64,000 bases of DNA from Octopus sinensis (Eukaryota): positions 39,680,001-39,744,000 of the forward strand of contig NC_043006.1 in NCBI RefSeq assembly GCF_006345805.1. The letters are read 5' to 3'. How positions within the stretch are numbered: position 1 is the stretch's first letter; each line of letters begins with the position of its first letter. The position numbers were made by a program, and so were the translations under genes. The notes beneath the pieces are model-generated. The model had not been told where the DNA came from. It was given only the letters and a program-made list of their open reading frames with translations, and made no database searches. Of the stretch, positions 15,053 to 27,148 are shown one piece after another.

Positions 15053-15511
15053 AGGTACAAGCATGGCTGTGTAGTAAGAAACTTGCTTTACAACCGCATA
15101 TTTCCGGGTTCAGTCCCACTGCGTGGCACCTTAAGCAAGTGCCTTCTACTATAGCCTCAGGCCGACCAAAGGATTTACTAGATGGAAACTAAAAGAAGCC
15201 CGTCTTATATATATATATATATATAAATAAGCGAGAAAGAAGCAACAAGAATGGATAGGTTTTTAGTACGATCGTTTCATACAAGGACAGGTTTTATTAA
15301 AAGTTGCAACTTTTAATAAAACCTGTCCTTGTATGAAACGATCGTACTAAAACCTATCCATTCTTGTTGCTTCTTTCTCGCTTATAATCACCCCACATTA
15401 CTGTATTGTTAAATCAGTATAGTTTTTTTTGGTGCATCTAAGTTAGGTACCATATTCAAGTAAATTTTTTTAAATTAACTTGAATCTTTATTGCTCTTTG
15501 TATATATATAA

Positions 15512-15542
<31 letters not shown>

Positions 15543-15783
15543 CATATATGTATGCATGTATGTATATGTGTTTATCTATGTGTGTGTCCATGTCCCCCGA
15601 CCACCGCTTGACAACTGGTGTTGGCGTGTTTATATCCCCGTAATTTAGCGGTTTGGTTAAAGAGCTTGATAGTATAAGTACTAGGCTTAACAAATAGGGG
15701 TCTATTTATCCGACTAAAATTCTTCAACGTGGTGCCCCAGCATGCCTGAAGTCTCCTGACTGAAACAAGTAAAAGAATAAAAG
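15053..15783 (+). mobile_element. tRNA/CORE-type SINE family B, split by insertions in its internal microsatellite
   Basis: Head tggctgtgtagtaag...gggttcagtcccactgcgtggcaccttaagcaagtg (15063-15205). The tail ...ccagcatg...gactgaaacaagtaaaaga is at about 15570-15783. Confidence 0.8.
15227..15385. repeat. 159-bp spacerless near-perfect palindrome
   Basis: Arms 15227-15306 and 15307-15385 are exact reverse complements apart from one T/A indel. Centre is ...taaaagttg|caactttta.... Confidence 0.95.
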
Positions 15784-15819
15784 AATACATGTGAGTGTAT
15801 ATATATATAAAGAATGATA

Positions 15820-15846
15820 GATAGATGGATAGATAGACAGACAGTC

Positions 15847-15893
<47 letters not shown>

Positions 15894-15894
15894 T

Positions 15895-15947
<53 letters not shown>

Positions 15948-15964
15948 TAGATAGATAGATAGAC

Positions 15965-16001
<37 letters not shown>

Positions 16002-16048
16002 TAGATAGATAGATAGATAGATAGATGGGTACATAGATAGATAGATAG

Positions 16049-16080
<32 letters not shown>

Positions 16081-16129
16081 AGATAGAGATAGATACATAG
16101 ATAGATAGATAGTAGATAGATAGATAGAT

Positions 16130-16187
<58 letters not shown>

Positions 16188-16190
16188 CTA
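15820..16190. repeat. (GACA)n/(GATA)n microsatellite
   Basis: Directly visible. Confidence 0.95.
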
Positions 16191-16610
16191 AGAGAGAAAA
16201 GAAGTGTGTGTGTGCGTGTGTGTGTGTGCGTGTGTGAATATGTAACAGGAAATATATCGATACATTATTTTGTTGACTAGGACTGTATATAAGGAGGGTG
16301 TAAACAAAAGCTTTGGGCAAATAAACGGAAGATTTGTACATTCTTTATTTCAATCCAGTATATGGAAGTCATTATCTATTGTATCTAAGGGGACTTACTC
16401 ATCAGAAATCACTTCGGATTTGCGGCCACCATTAGTAAATGTTTATATAGAAACTTTCGCGTCAAAGATCCTCCTGCATGATAAATTTCTGTAGCGTTCT
16501 TTATTTTGCCACCAGTCATCAGATTTTAGCTCGGCTTTGAAAGATGTTGTGGATTCGATCATTGATTCCAATACTTATTCTTTTAACCCTGTAATATTTT
16601 CTGACTCTAA

Positions 16611-17180
16611 GGCGGCGAGATGGCAGAAACCTTAGCGCGTTGGTCGAAATGCTTAGCGGTATTTCGTCTGCCGTTACGCTCTGAGTTCAAATTACGCCGA
16701 GGTCGACTTTGCCTTTCATCCTTTCGGGGTCGATTAAATAAGTACTACTTACGCACTGGGGTCGATATAATTGACTTAATCCGTTTGTCTTCTCTGTGTT
16801 TAGCTCCTTGTGGGTAGTAAAGAAATGGGTATTTCGTCTACAGTTACATTCTGAGTTCAAATTCCACCGAGGTCGATTTTTTCCTTCATCCTATTGGGAT
16901 CGATAAATTAAGTACCAGTTACGCACTGGGGTCGATATAATCGACTTAATCTGTTTGTCTGTCCTTTTTTGTCCCCTTTGTGTTTAGCCGCTTATGGGTA
17001 GTAAAGAAATACGTATTTCGTCTGCAGTTACGTTCTGAGTTCAAATTCCGCGGAGGTCGACTTTGCCTTTCATCCTTTCGAGATCGATAAATTAAGTACC
17101 AGTTGCATATTGGGGTCGATCTAATTGACTGGCGCCCTCCCCTAAAATTTCGGGCCTTGTGCCTAGAGTAGAAAAGAATA
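16611..17180 (+). mobile_element. SINE family A trimer (head-body-tail + 2 body-tail units)
   Basis: Three gagttcaaatt...ggtcga..ttcatcc bodies. A single TSD ttctgactct lies at 16599-16608 and 17183-17192. Confidence 0.9.
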
Positions 17181-17321
17181 TATTCTGACTCTTTTACTGA
17201 TTGTCAAGCTGTAGCAGATGAAGAAATGCAAAGATGTACCAACATGCTTAAATCTATCCATGCACGCGCACGCACACACACACACACACACACACAGACA
17301 AACGCACACACACACACACAC

Positions 17322-17364
<43 letters not shown>

Positions 17365-17457
17365 GATAAATATGTATTTCAAAATGGGCAACGTTTAATC
17401 CAGACACATTTTCTTCATTTTTCTTTACCTCTCTCCGTCTGTCTTCTCTGCATATTC

Positions 17458-17493
17458 CTTTCTGTTGAAGAGCGCTGGCTCGAAACGTCAGGC
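17458..17493 (+). ncRNA. Minimal hammerhead ribozyme motif, family alpha (core mutated)
   Basis: CUGUUGA-A-GAGC[GCUG]GCUC-GAAA-CG-UC. It has a 4-bp stem II and an ACGU palindromic stem III, but A6 is replaced by U and stem I is weak. Confidence 0.55.
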
Positions 17494-17539
17494 GAAATTT
17501 TTGTTCCCCACGACTGTTCCGGACGCTAGTAATGAACTT

Positions 17540-17572
17540 ATTTGCATATAGCCAATCAAAGCAGACCCGCCT
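17540..17572 (+). promoter_or_regulatory. Octamer + CCAAT + GC-box-like cluster
   Basis: ATTTGCAT (17540-17547), AGCCAATCA (17550-17558) and GACCCGCC within 33 bp. No transcript evidence. Confidence 0.25.
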
Positions 17573-18039
17573 TTATCCTTTCTTCCTTTCTAGTCAGCAC
17601 CGTGCATTCTTTACTCTGTCTCTCTCTACTGGCAAACAGCAACTTCTCCGTTCAGGTTACTGTTTCTTTCTTTGTGTCATTGAGCATTGAGATTGCTCTG
17701 AGGTGTGCTAAAAATCACAGCTAAATAAGATTTGTTGGATAAATCTTTTAAATTAAAGTTTATTTGCCAACATCTCGCTCAGAGATTTAAAACCAACTGT
17801 TTCTCTCCTTTAAATTAACATAAAAATTTATTTACGTGAAAGAAAATTACCGGAGAAATTTCATCTAATTCTAAATCTTTCTGCTAAAAATTGTAATTTG
17901 TTTATCGCATGTAACGAGTTGTTTATCGCATTTACATTAGATACTAGTGGTTGTAAAGTGTGCTAAAAATTACAGCTAAGATTTATTTCCATGAAATAAA
18001 ATTACCGGTGACATAACACGTTGTTTACAAATATACTTT

Positions 18040-18157
18040 TTAACTCAAGGCACAAGGCCCCCAAATTTTTGAGGGAGGGAACCATTCGATTAGATCAACC
18101 CCAGTACGCAACTGGTACTTAAATTTATCGACCCCGAAAGGATAAAAGGCAAAGTCC
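18040..18157 (-). mobile_element. SINE family A, 5'-truncated
   Basis: Tail and central domain only, in reverse. Confidence 0.75.
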
Positions 18158-18724
18158 AGCTTCCACATCTTTTTCGCCGTCCAAATTCAATCACAATCAT
18201 GGATCTGTAGTGATAGACACATATCCAGGTTTGCATATCAAGCTTTTAACCACTCAGTTATGCCTAGTAGAAAGATGGTTACAGAATCCAAGCCTCATAA
18301 ATGGTGACCACCTAAGTAATAAGAAAGCTCGAGGTTGCACAACTGATATAATCGACGAGAACCGGTGCATTCATCATGAGTATTTTAAAGTACTTGCCGA
18401 AATAATTAAAATGATAATAGTAATATTATTCATGGATTGTTGCCAACTTAATGTGGCAATACCAGGAAAGGGGAAAATACTACTGCTATTTAGCCCCAGG
18501 AAACATCGTTACCATTTAGCTACGTGATACAAGCGTTCTGTGTCCTTAAGTTTTCAAATAGGGGAGATAAGCACCTCCATTCAGCAAAGCCAGCATCCAG
18601 AGACTAGTTTCAGAGTTATTGCACTTCATCTGTCTGGAGTAGTTTGGCTTTCTAACTATCGATACTTATTCAATTTTAAAAACTTATAGAATTTCAAGTG
18701 AAGTAAATTCACTGATATACAAAA

Positions 18725-18939
18725 TTAGAAATATTGCATTCCTAAATCTCTCAGAGAGACTTATAGAGTAGCAGCGCGATAAAGTGATGGTTTGTTGCCA
18801 ACTTAATGTTTGCTGGGGACAAAAAGACGCAGCATTCTTCCCTTTCCTGGGACTGCCCCATTAAGTTGGCACCAAAGCACTTTATTGTGCTGCTACTGTA
18901 TAAGTCTCTCTGAGTGATTTAGAAATGCAATATTTCTAA
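18725..18939. mobile_element. Foldback MITE with about 85-bp arms
   Basis: ttagaaatattgcattcctaaatctctcagagagacttatag...gccaacttaatg pairs with cattaagttggc...tataagtctctctgagtgatttagaaatgcaatatttctaa. Confidence 0.85.
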
Positions 18940-19224
18940 GTAATGTTATTTTATTGCCACAATACAATTTGTTTAGGGGCCATATCCGGAATTTAGGACA
19001 CAGGCGATCATGTCCTGCCACAATTCTCTGTTCTTTATTTTCTGCAACAGTTCCACTTCTGATGTTTAATGCCTCTTTCTTCCAACCAAGCTTAATATCT
19101 GTACCATCTTTCTCCTTCCTCTGCTTCTTTTCTTTTAATCTTTCCAGTTTTTGTTAAATTCTCTAGACCCTCTTTCCTCACCACATGACCAGGAAATCTT
19201 AGTTACTTGGCCCTTATCTCACAA

Positions 19225-19614
19225 GCAACTATGTGGTTTGAAAGCAACCACTTGGTTCCGGGATCAGTACTGCTGCGTGGCATCTTGGGCGTCTTCTACT
19301 ACGGCTTCGGGTTGACCAAAGCCTTGTGAGTGGATGTGGTAGACGGGAACTGCTAGTAGCCCGTCGCATATAGTGTGCACGCTCGCATGCGCGTGTGTCT
19401 CCTTGTATCTGTGTCCCCCACCACTTTTTGACAACGAGTGTTGGTGTGTTTACGGCCATATAGCTTGACAGTTCGGGAAAAGAGACCGAATGAATAAGCA
19501 CTAAACTTAGAAAGTAGATAAGCACTGAGGTCGACTCATTCGAATAAAAATTCTTCAAGGAGGTGCCCCAGCATGGCCGTAGTCTAATCGCTGAAACAAG
19601 AAAAAGATAAAAGA
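19225..19614 (+). mobile_element. SINE family B
   Basis: Head, CORE-like segment and 3' tail match the other family B copies. Confidence 0.8.
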
Positions 19615-20611
19615 TATGACGATGTAGTGCCAAGTTAAAAAAAAAGAAAATGAACCGATTTTATTGACGCCCTAATATATGCTGCTTCACTGATAAACTC
19701 CGAAATATATGCGCAGTCTTCTTCCTTGCAGAAATAATTAAAATAATATCAATTATGGAATGAAACAGTTTTGTTCCTCTCTCAGCACTTATAATTATTT
19801 CTATTTAGCTTGTTGCGGCTCCCCTGCATTAAATACGCTAAACACTGAACTTAATTATATTACTAGAGGTTTGGTTCCGTCTTTCACAACAATTACGGTG
19901 GCCATTATCTACAAATAAAACGGATTAATTCCTTGACAATATCAGAACTCTTATTAGCAAGCGTTTAGTTTTGAAGATATGATTGATATGTTACATAACG
20001 TTGCCGCTAATAGGAAGGACTACAATGGACTAGCTAATAAAAAAAAACTGTTAAAAGCCAATTAGCTTCTACTTACGTAGATGAAAGGCTTTATTGCAAA
20101 AAGATAATTTCCAATCAAGTGCAATGTCGTCTTTAATTATAAGTCGGATGTGCTGAGGAAGCCATCATTGACGATCTACCCAGGGGTTTGCAATATTTTT
20201 ATGTTAATTTCTAAATATTTCTACTTAAGTTTTTTTTTAAAGTCCTAATGTTTCCCAAATTGGCACAAAAACCACACTTTTGTCGATAAAGTTGACTGCA
20301 ATACTTGGATGACAATCATTTTTATCGATCTTATTCGGATAAAAACGAATGTGCAAACTTGATCCTGGCAAGAATTATTTTTATCGATCTCGTTAAGATG
20401 GCAAGTAATGAGCAAACACGCTTTTGGTAGATGTGACCTAAAAACTAAAAGGGACAGAACTAAAATAGCGAACGCAATTCTTCACTCTGTTGCTCTTCAA
20501 TGCTCTCTCTCTCCTTCTCTCTCTCTTTCTCTGCCATTTTCTCTTTCTCTACACACACATAGACTGATCACGGCTGCCCTTCCGTCGCACCTACAATGAC
20601 ACACACATATT

Positions 20612-21238
20612 AAGGCGGCGAGCTGGCAGAAACGTTAGCACGTCGAGCGAAATGCGTAGCCTTATTTCGTCTGCCGTTACGCTCTGAGTTCAAATTACGC
20701 CGAAGTCGACTTTGTCTTTCATCCTTTCGGGGTTGATGAATTAAATACCAGTTACGCACAGGGGTCGATGTAATCGACTTAATCCGTTTGTTTGTCCTTG
20801 TTTGTCCCCTCTGGGTTTAGCCCCTTGAGGGTAGTAAAGAAATCTGTATTTTGCCTGTCTTTACGTTCTAAGTTCAAATTCCATCAAGGTCGACTTTGCC
20901 TTTCAAGCTTTCGGAGACGATAAATTAAGTACCAGTTGTGTCCCGGGTCGATCTACTCGATTGGCCTCCTCTCCAAAAATTTCGGATTTTGTGCCGAGTG
21001 AAGAAAAGATTATATACTGAAACTAAGGCGGCGAGCTGGCAGAAACGTTAGCACACCGGGCAAAATCCTTAGGGATATATCGTGTCTTTACGTTCTGAAT
21101 TCAAATTCCACTGAGGTCGACTTTGCCTTTCATGATTTCGGAGCCGATAAATTATGTACCAGTTTCGTACTAGGGTCGCCCCAATCGACTTGCCCCCTCC
21201 CCCAAATTTCGTGCCTTGTGCCTAGAGAAGAAAAGAAT
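20612..21238 (+). mobile_element. SINE family A dimer (20612-21010) followed by a monomer (21025-21238)
   Basis: Two aaggcggcgagctggcagaaacgttagcac heads and three central domains. Confidence 0.88.
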
Positions 21239-21495
21239 TACATATATAATGTATGCCAAACATCATAAGTCACACGCATACTCACTTATACACAGGCACG
21301 CAAACACATAACTCTCACACAAACACACTCATGTATACACAAAGAAAACATATATATGGATATACGTATTCCGTACACGTATACCACACTCACACATCTT
21401 TACCTTCCCTAGAACATGCCAACAAGCACTCCCTCAGCATTTCAGTCGACATAGACCTAGCATATGCATTATTTTATTTATCTATTTATTTATTT

Positions 21496-21868
21496 GTGGA
21501 GGCGCAATGGCCCAGTGGTTAGGACAGCGGACTCGCGGTCATAGGATCGCGGTTTCGATTCCCAGACCGGGCGTTGTGAGTGTTTATTGAGCGAAAACAC
21601 CTAAAGCTCCACGAGGCTCCGGCAGAGGATGGTGGTGATCCCTGCTGTACTCTTTCACCACAACTTTCTCTTACTTCCTGTTTCTGTTGTACCTGTATTT
21701 CAAAGAGCCGGCCTTGTCACCCTCTGTGTCACGCTGAATATCCCCGAGAACTACGTTAAGGGTTCACGTGTCTGTGGAGTGCTCAGCCACTTACACGTTA
21801 ATTTCACGAGCAGGCTGTTCCGTTGATTCGGATCAACCGGAACCCTCGTCGTCGTAACCGACGGAGTG
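21496..21868 (+). mobile_element. tRNA-derived SINE family C, full length (tail type 1)
   Basis: A box tggcccagtggttagg and B box ggtttcgattcc. Flanked by the direct repeat atttatttatttg (TSD-like). Confidence 0.9.
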
Positions 21869-21910
21869 CTTCCAATTTATTTATTTATTTGCTAACTCTC
21901 TACTCCTCCG

Positions 21911-21945
21911 TGATCTGACGAAGGACTATATCCGAAATGTTAAAC
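21911..21945 (+). ncRNA. Minimal hammerhead motif (degenerate)
   Basis: CUGACGA-A-GGA[CUAUA]UCC-GAAA-UG-UU. The core is intact, stem III is AUGU (CpG-decayed ACGU), and stem I is poor. Confidence 0.5.
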
Positions 21946-22211
21946 TTTTACTCTATAACTTATATATCGCGCACACTGATTGAGATGGTCAGTCTCTATG
22001 ACCATTGGGTCAGTAAGACCAGCTGAAGATAACTGACATTTTCACAAGGTTTGACAATCCAGGTATGTCTGGCTTTTCAATTTACAATTCTTTTTGTTAT
22101 TGGTACGAGGGCTTACAATTTCTGCGCTCATTCCCCCGATTTCAAATTATGTGGTTGTAGTCGTCTTCTGGCTGCTACTTTTAGCGTGTTGGTGCCACTG
22201 TAGCATTCTTA

Positions 22212-22256
<45 letters not shown>

Positions 22257-22284
22257 ATATATATTATATATATATATATATAAT

Positions 22285-22330
<46 letters not shown>

Positions 22331-22525
22331 AGGGAAATACACACACACACTCATTAGTAGGCTTATGCCAACGGATAACATGCTTTTACAAGGATAGGAG
22401 TGGCAGTTATTGCGTAATGTATGAAAAGGGCTATCGAAATCACTCTCATACAAATACATTAATGTGTGTATATATAAATGTGTGTGTGTGTGTGTAATTA
22501 CAGTAAGGGCAGTTGCGAGAAGTAA

Positions 22526-22899
22526 TGCCACAAACTGAAAGAAGACGCCATTTGATCCGATCAATGGAACAGCCTGCTCGTAAAATTAATGTGCAAATGC
22601 CTGAGCACTCCACAGATACGTGTACCCTTAACGTAGTTCTCGGAGATATTCAGCGTGACATAGAGTGCGACAAGTTTGGCCCCTTTGAAATACAGGTACA
22701 ACAGAAACAGGAAGAAAGAGTGAGAGAAAGCTCTGGTGAAAGAATACAGCAGAGTTCACCACCAACCCCTGGTGGAATCTCGTGGAGCCTTTAGATGTTT
22801 TCGATCAATAAACACTCACAACACCCGATCTGAGAATCGAAACCTCGTTCCTATGACCGCGAGTCCGCTGCCCTAACCACCGGGACATTGCGCCTCCAC
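22526..22899 (-). mobile_element. SINE family C (tail type 1), inverted relative to 21496-21868
   Basis: Reverse complement aligns along its length with 21496-21868. Confidence 0.9.
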
Positions 22900-25311
22900 A
22901 TGTATGTATGTATGTACGTATCAACTAATGCAAGCTCTTATTAATGTGCTCCTGGACTGCTGAGAACGCTGCAACTCCCTTTGGATATTAAGTATTTCCA
23001 TCTAAGTTAAAATTTCCATGATAGCGTGCAAACTTATAAACTGCATTAGAAATAATAACTAGGAAACCTACTAACTGCGTTGGAAATGGCTAGTATTCTA
23101 CTCAATATATTCGTTTACTAATTATCTTTGTACACCAGTGTTCGGCATTTCCCTGCAGTGTCTATTCTGATATGGAGAGAATAAAATCGAAATGTTTTCA
23201 CTTGTCTTCCGTTACACAAACCCACATACCAAACCTAAATTTAGCAGCACCAGCTATAGAAACCTTTGCGGTTTAACATTGACGTCACGTCTTTTGGTTT
23301 AAATTAATTTTTTTTATTTGATATTCAACTACAAATACGAATATTAATGCACTAGTAAGGATATGGAAGTTTGATTTCAATAGAAAAAGTTTCATGAAAA
23401 TTTTAGCTTTCATACGCGCATGCAGACTTATAAAATACATTCATAGCGTTTAGTGTACCTCACGCAATTTTTATTATAAAAATTTAGAATCTGGTTCTAA
23501 TTCCAGATTGCTTCTCGTGACCTTTGTGTAAAACTGTTACATTTCAAAATTCATAACAATACGATCTTAACAAATTTTTTTAAAATGTTATTTCCCTGAA
23601 CTATGAAATTATACTATAATTTTACCGTGAATGATAAGAACGAATATTCGTTTTCTTATGTGTTATCATAGTTGGTTTCTTTTTAGTTACAATTTAACTT
23701 TATCGAGAGAATGTATTATCAAAGGTATTCCAACAATGGCTATCTCGTTTATTCTCATGTACATGTTACCCTGGTGTACATTGTCTTGCGCGTCCATTTA
23801 GAACACTATGGAGTTTAGTTTCAGTGATATTTGCCTCCTATTTCTAGTAGGTAATGCAACCATGTAGAGGCCCCATCGCTGGTTCGTTTCTCCATAGTTT
23901 GTGCTTCTTGGATCGGTAAAATCACATTCCCCAACCTTATCGAGCACAATACTAACACTAGTCTCTCTTTCGTAATTGTTATTACAATGGGACTCCAGCC
24001 GAAGAGATATCTTTGTGGTCGCTTTACCAGCCAGGAACAGCAGCCAGATCTTTCTCCAGTCATACTCTACCATCTTAAAAGAAATGCTGCTTGCATTCTC
24101 TCCGCCGCCATTTGCAAACGGACAAAGAAGACACTACATTGTTCGCTGATTTGCTACAATTTGCAGTGAAATTCTCTTTAAACTATACAAGAATGTGTGA
24201 AGAAAGAAGGACAAATTAGTTAGTGTAGTCATAAATAGAGACTGGATAGTCACGGCTAAAACGTCTATGATCATAGGGGTGTTCAGTCAGTATATCTCGA
24301 TGCCAATCAATGACAGTAACAACAAAAAGCCGAGGTTGACTTTGCCTTTTTTTCTTTTCGGGTCGATAAGCAAAGTACCTGTTGAAGACAGGAGTTGGTA
24401 TAATCGATTTACTCACTCTCTGCTAACTTGCTAGCCTTGTACCAAAATTTGAAACTAATAGTGATTTCTTTTATTTTTAATAATAGCACCTGTTCCTCTA
24501 ATGGAGTTCTTGCATAACATCTCCAGCCAAGCAGATTTGGTTTCCCTTCTCTCCTCAAGTCACCAATGCGAGTTCAAGTAGGAGTCTTTACGTAGTTACT
24601 CGCGCTGTTAGAAACGGCATCCTTATCTGCCTGAAATCATAACATAATATCTTAAATAAAAGGTTACAGTGATTAATGTGATCCTGGGCTACATTCACAC
24701 CGGGAAAAGCTTGATCGCCACTGGCCACTCACAGTTTTGCTTAAATTATGTAAATTACCAGGGTCACAAATGTGTTATGACCCAAATAATTTACTCTAGG
24801 TAATTTACAGATACTCGAGATAAACTTAGTCAACTGTCGTGCTAACGACGGTTATTGAGACAGAAACAATGTCCATGTTTATCTTCTTATCTCCAGACAA
24901 TAAACATCTGCTTTTCTTTAATGGCATATCAGTTTTGGAGAAATCTTGATTCCTGAGACTGTTTCCTTTTCTGAAGCGGAACTGGTCTTAATTGCTACTG
25001 AGTGACTATAAGAGAACTGAGGGCAGAGATAATTCCTGAAATCAGAAATTTATATTGTATGGTACTTGACGTACATGTATTTGTCTTTGTTACTCAAATA
25101 TGTGCCACTGGCCGATCTGAGTATTTTCCTTAATTCATTATTTTTTAAATTGTGCAAAAGACCAAAAATATCTTAGTTATGGCATTTGCTCTTCAGAGCA
25201 AGAAACTTAATAATTCAAGAATTCTAGTTTTATGTTATTTGTTATGTCGGTATTAGCGTATGTTTTCTGGTCTATCTATTTCTCATGTCAACCTCCCAGA
25301 TCCTACATTAA

Positions 25312-25812
25312 CCCATTAACTGCTAAATGTTTTATTCATATTTTTTTGGCTTCGCCGAGTGTCTTAGGATTTAAAATATGTAGTATTTAAATTTTCTTCA
25401 TATGTGAATTATTTTGGTAATTACTATCAATTTTTCGAAAAGTCCCAAAATGGGGATCGCTGAAAAAAAGCATATTTATCCTTTTCTATCCAATTGCAGT
25501 AATAGACATTTTAGTTTTTTTTTTTTTTTTGAAACTATAATATCAAATGCAAATGTGTATGAAATATCAATGAATTATATAAATGGGAAATGCAAAAATT
25601 GTTCAAAAATAGTTCAAAACTTGCGATTTATGACATAAACTGTCCCCTAGAATTAGCCAGAGCTAATAATGACAAACTTTAATTACTAAATATTGTTAAA
25701 CACACCTCTGCAAATGCATTGTACGTAAGCAATTCACTTTAAATAAAATGAACAACCAGCAGTGAGATTGTTTTTAGCAGATCTCCAAATGGGTCTCATG
25801 GCAGGCAACGGG
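25312..25812. mobile_element. piggyBac-type MITE
   Basis: TTAA|CCCATTAACTGC at 25308-25323 and GCAGGCAACGGG|TTAA at 25801-25816 give a TTAA duplication, CCC/GGG ends and 9/12 matching TIR bases. Confidence 0.6.
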
Positions 25813-26023
25813 TTAAAAGTTTTCTTTAATCCTTCCTTCTCTGATGCCTATTTACAAATTTCACACGCTTAACAGCAACTGCATTGAGCTCACCGGCTAC
25901 AACAGTGGATGGCCACCATTTTTTGCATATGGACCCCTTTCATTCCTGTTTTACTCTACCACACCTCTATTGCTATTCACTGTATGTTAAACTCTTACTG
26001 TATTTTCATGATTAAATATTATT

Positions 26024-26426
26024 TATTTCTTTATTGTCCACAGGGACGTAAACATAGAGGGGACAAACAAGGACAGTCGATTATATCGTCCCCAGTACGT
26101 ATCTGGTACTTATTTAATCGACCCCGAAAGAGTGAAAGCCAAAGTAGACCTCGGTGGAGTTAAACTCAGAACGTAACGGCAGACGAAATACTTATTTCTT
26201 TACTACTCACAAGGGGTTAAACACAGAGAGGACAAACAAGGACAGACAAACGGATTAAGTCGATTATATCGACCCCAGTGCGTAACTGGTACTTATTTAA
26301 TCGACCCCGAAAGGATGAAAGGCAAAGTCGACCTCGGTGGAATTTGAACTCAGAACGTAGTGGCAGACGAAATACGGCTACGTATTTCGCCCGGCGGGCT
26401 AGCGATTCTGCCAGTTCACCGTTCTG
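26024..26426 (-). mobile_element. SINE family A dimer
   Basis: Two central domains and one head. Perfect 15-bp TSD tgattaaatattatt at 26009-26023 and 26427-26441. Confidence 0.9.
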
Positions 26427-26729
26427 TGATTAAATATTATTAAGAATTGTAGAACAAAATTGAAATATTTTGCGTAACGTAGAAATATAACAAGTTTGTC
26501 ACAGGAAAATAATAACAATGAAATCTTATATGGACACCCAATGGTTATACGGATCTTGCCTGAGAACTACTGCTTTACAAAGTTCATAGTCATTTCCATT
26601 CATAAGTAACCTGTTCATCAAAAACAAAACAAACTCTGAAACATTTACGAAAGTGTGACATTGCATATACATGTGTTGCGTGCGGAGTGTATTTACGAAA
26701 TAATATTTATGTATTTTTCGGGGTTTTTT

Positions 26730-27101
26730 TCAGTCATTTGACTGCGTTCATCCTGGAGCACCGCCTTTAGTCGAACAAATCGAACCCAGGACTTTTCTTT
26801 GTAAGCCTAATACTTATTCTATCGGTCTCCTATTACCGAAGCGCTAAGCTACGGGAACATAAACACACCGATATCAGTTGTCAAGCGATAGTGGGGGAAC
26901 AAACACACAAACACACACACACACATACATACATATATACGACGGGCTTCTTTCAGTTTCCGTCTACCAAATCCACTCACAAGGCTTTGGTCGGCCCGAG
27001 GCTATAGTAGAGGACACTTGTTCAAGGTGCCACGCAGTGGAACTGAACCCAGAACCATGTGGTTCGTAAGGAGGCTACTTACCACACGGTCACTCCTACG
27101 C
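26730..27101 (-). mobile_element. SINE family B, full length
   Basis: Tail, internal (CA)n and head (gaaccatgtggttcg...accacac) in reverse. Confidence 0.88.
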
Positions 27102-27102
27102 C

Positions 27103-27148
<46 letters not shown>

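Noticed and set aside
16385-16560. Minus-strand GTAAGT donor with an upstream peptide SFKAELKSDDWWQNKERY
   Set aside because: The frame closes before the donor and no acceptor defines an exon. No recognisable homology.
21496-21575. tRNA genes at the SINE heads (also 29775, 36715, 63620)
   Set aside because: A and B boxes are present but the cloverleaf is incomplete, and each head continues into a repeated SINE body.
23280-23287. CRE palindrome TGACGTCA (also 61730-61737)
   Set aside because: One or two hits of an 8-mer in 64 kb are near chance, and there is no promoter context.
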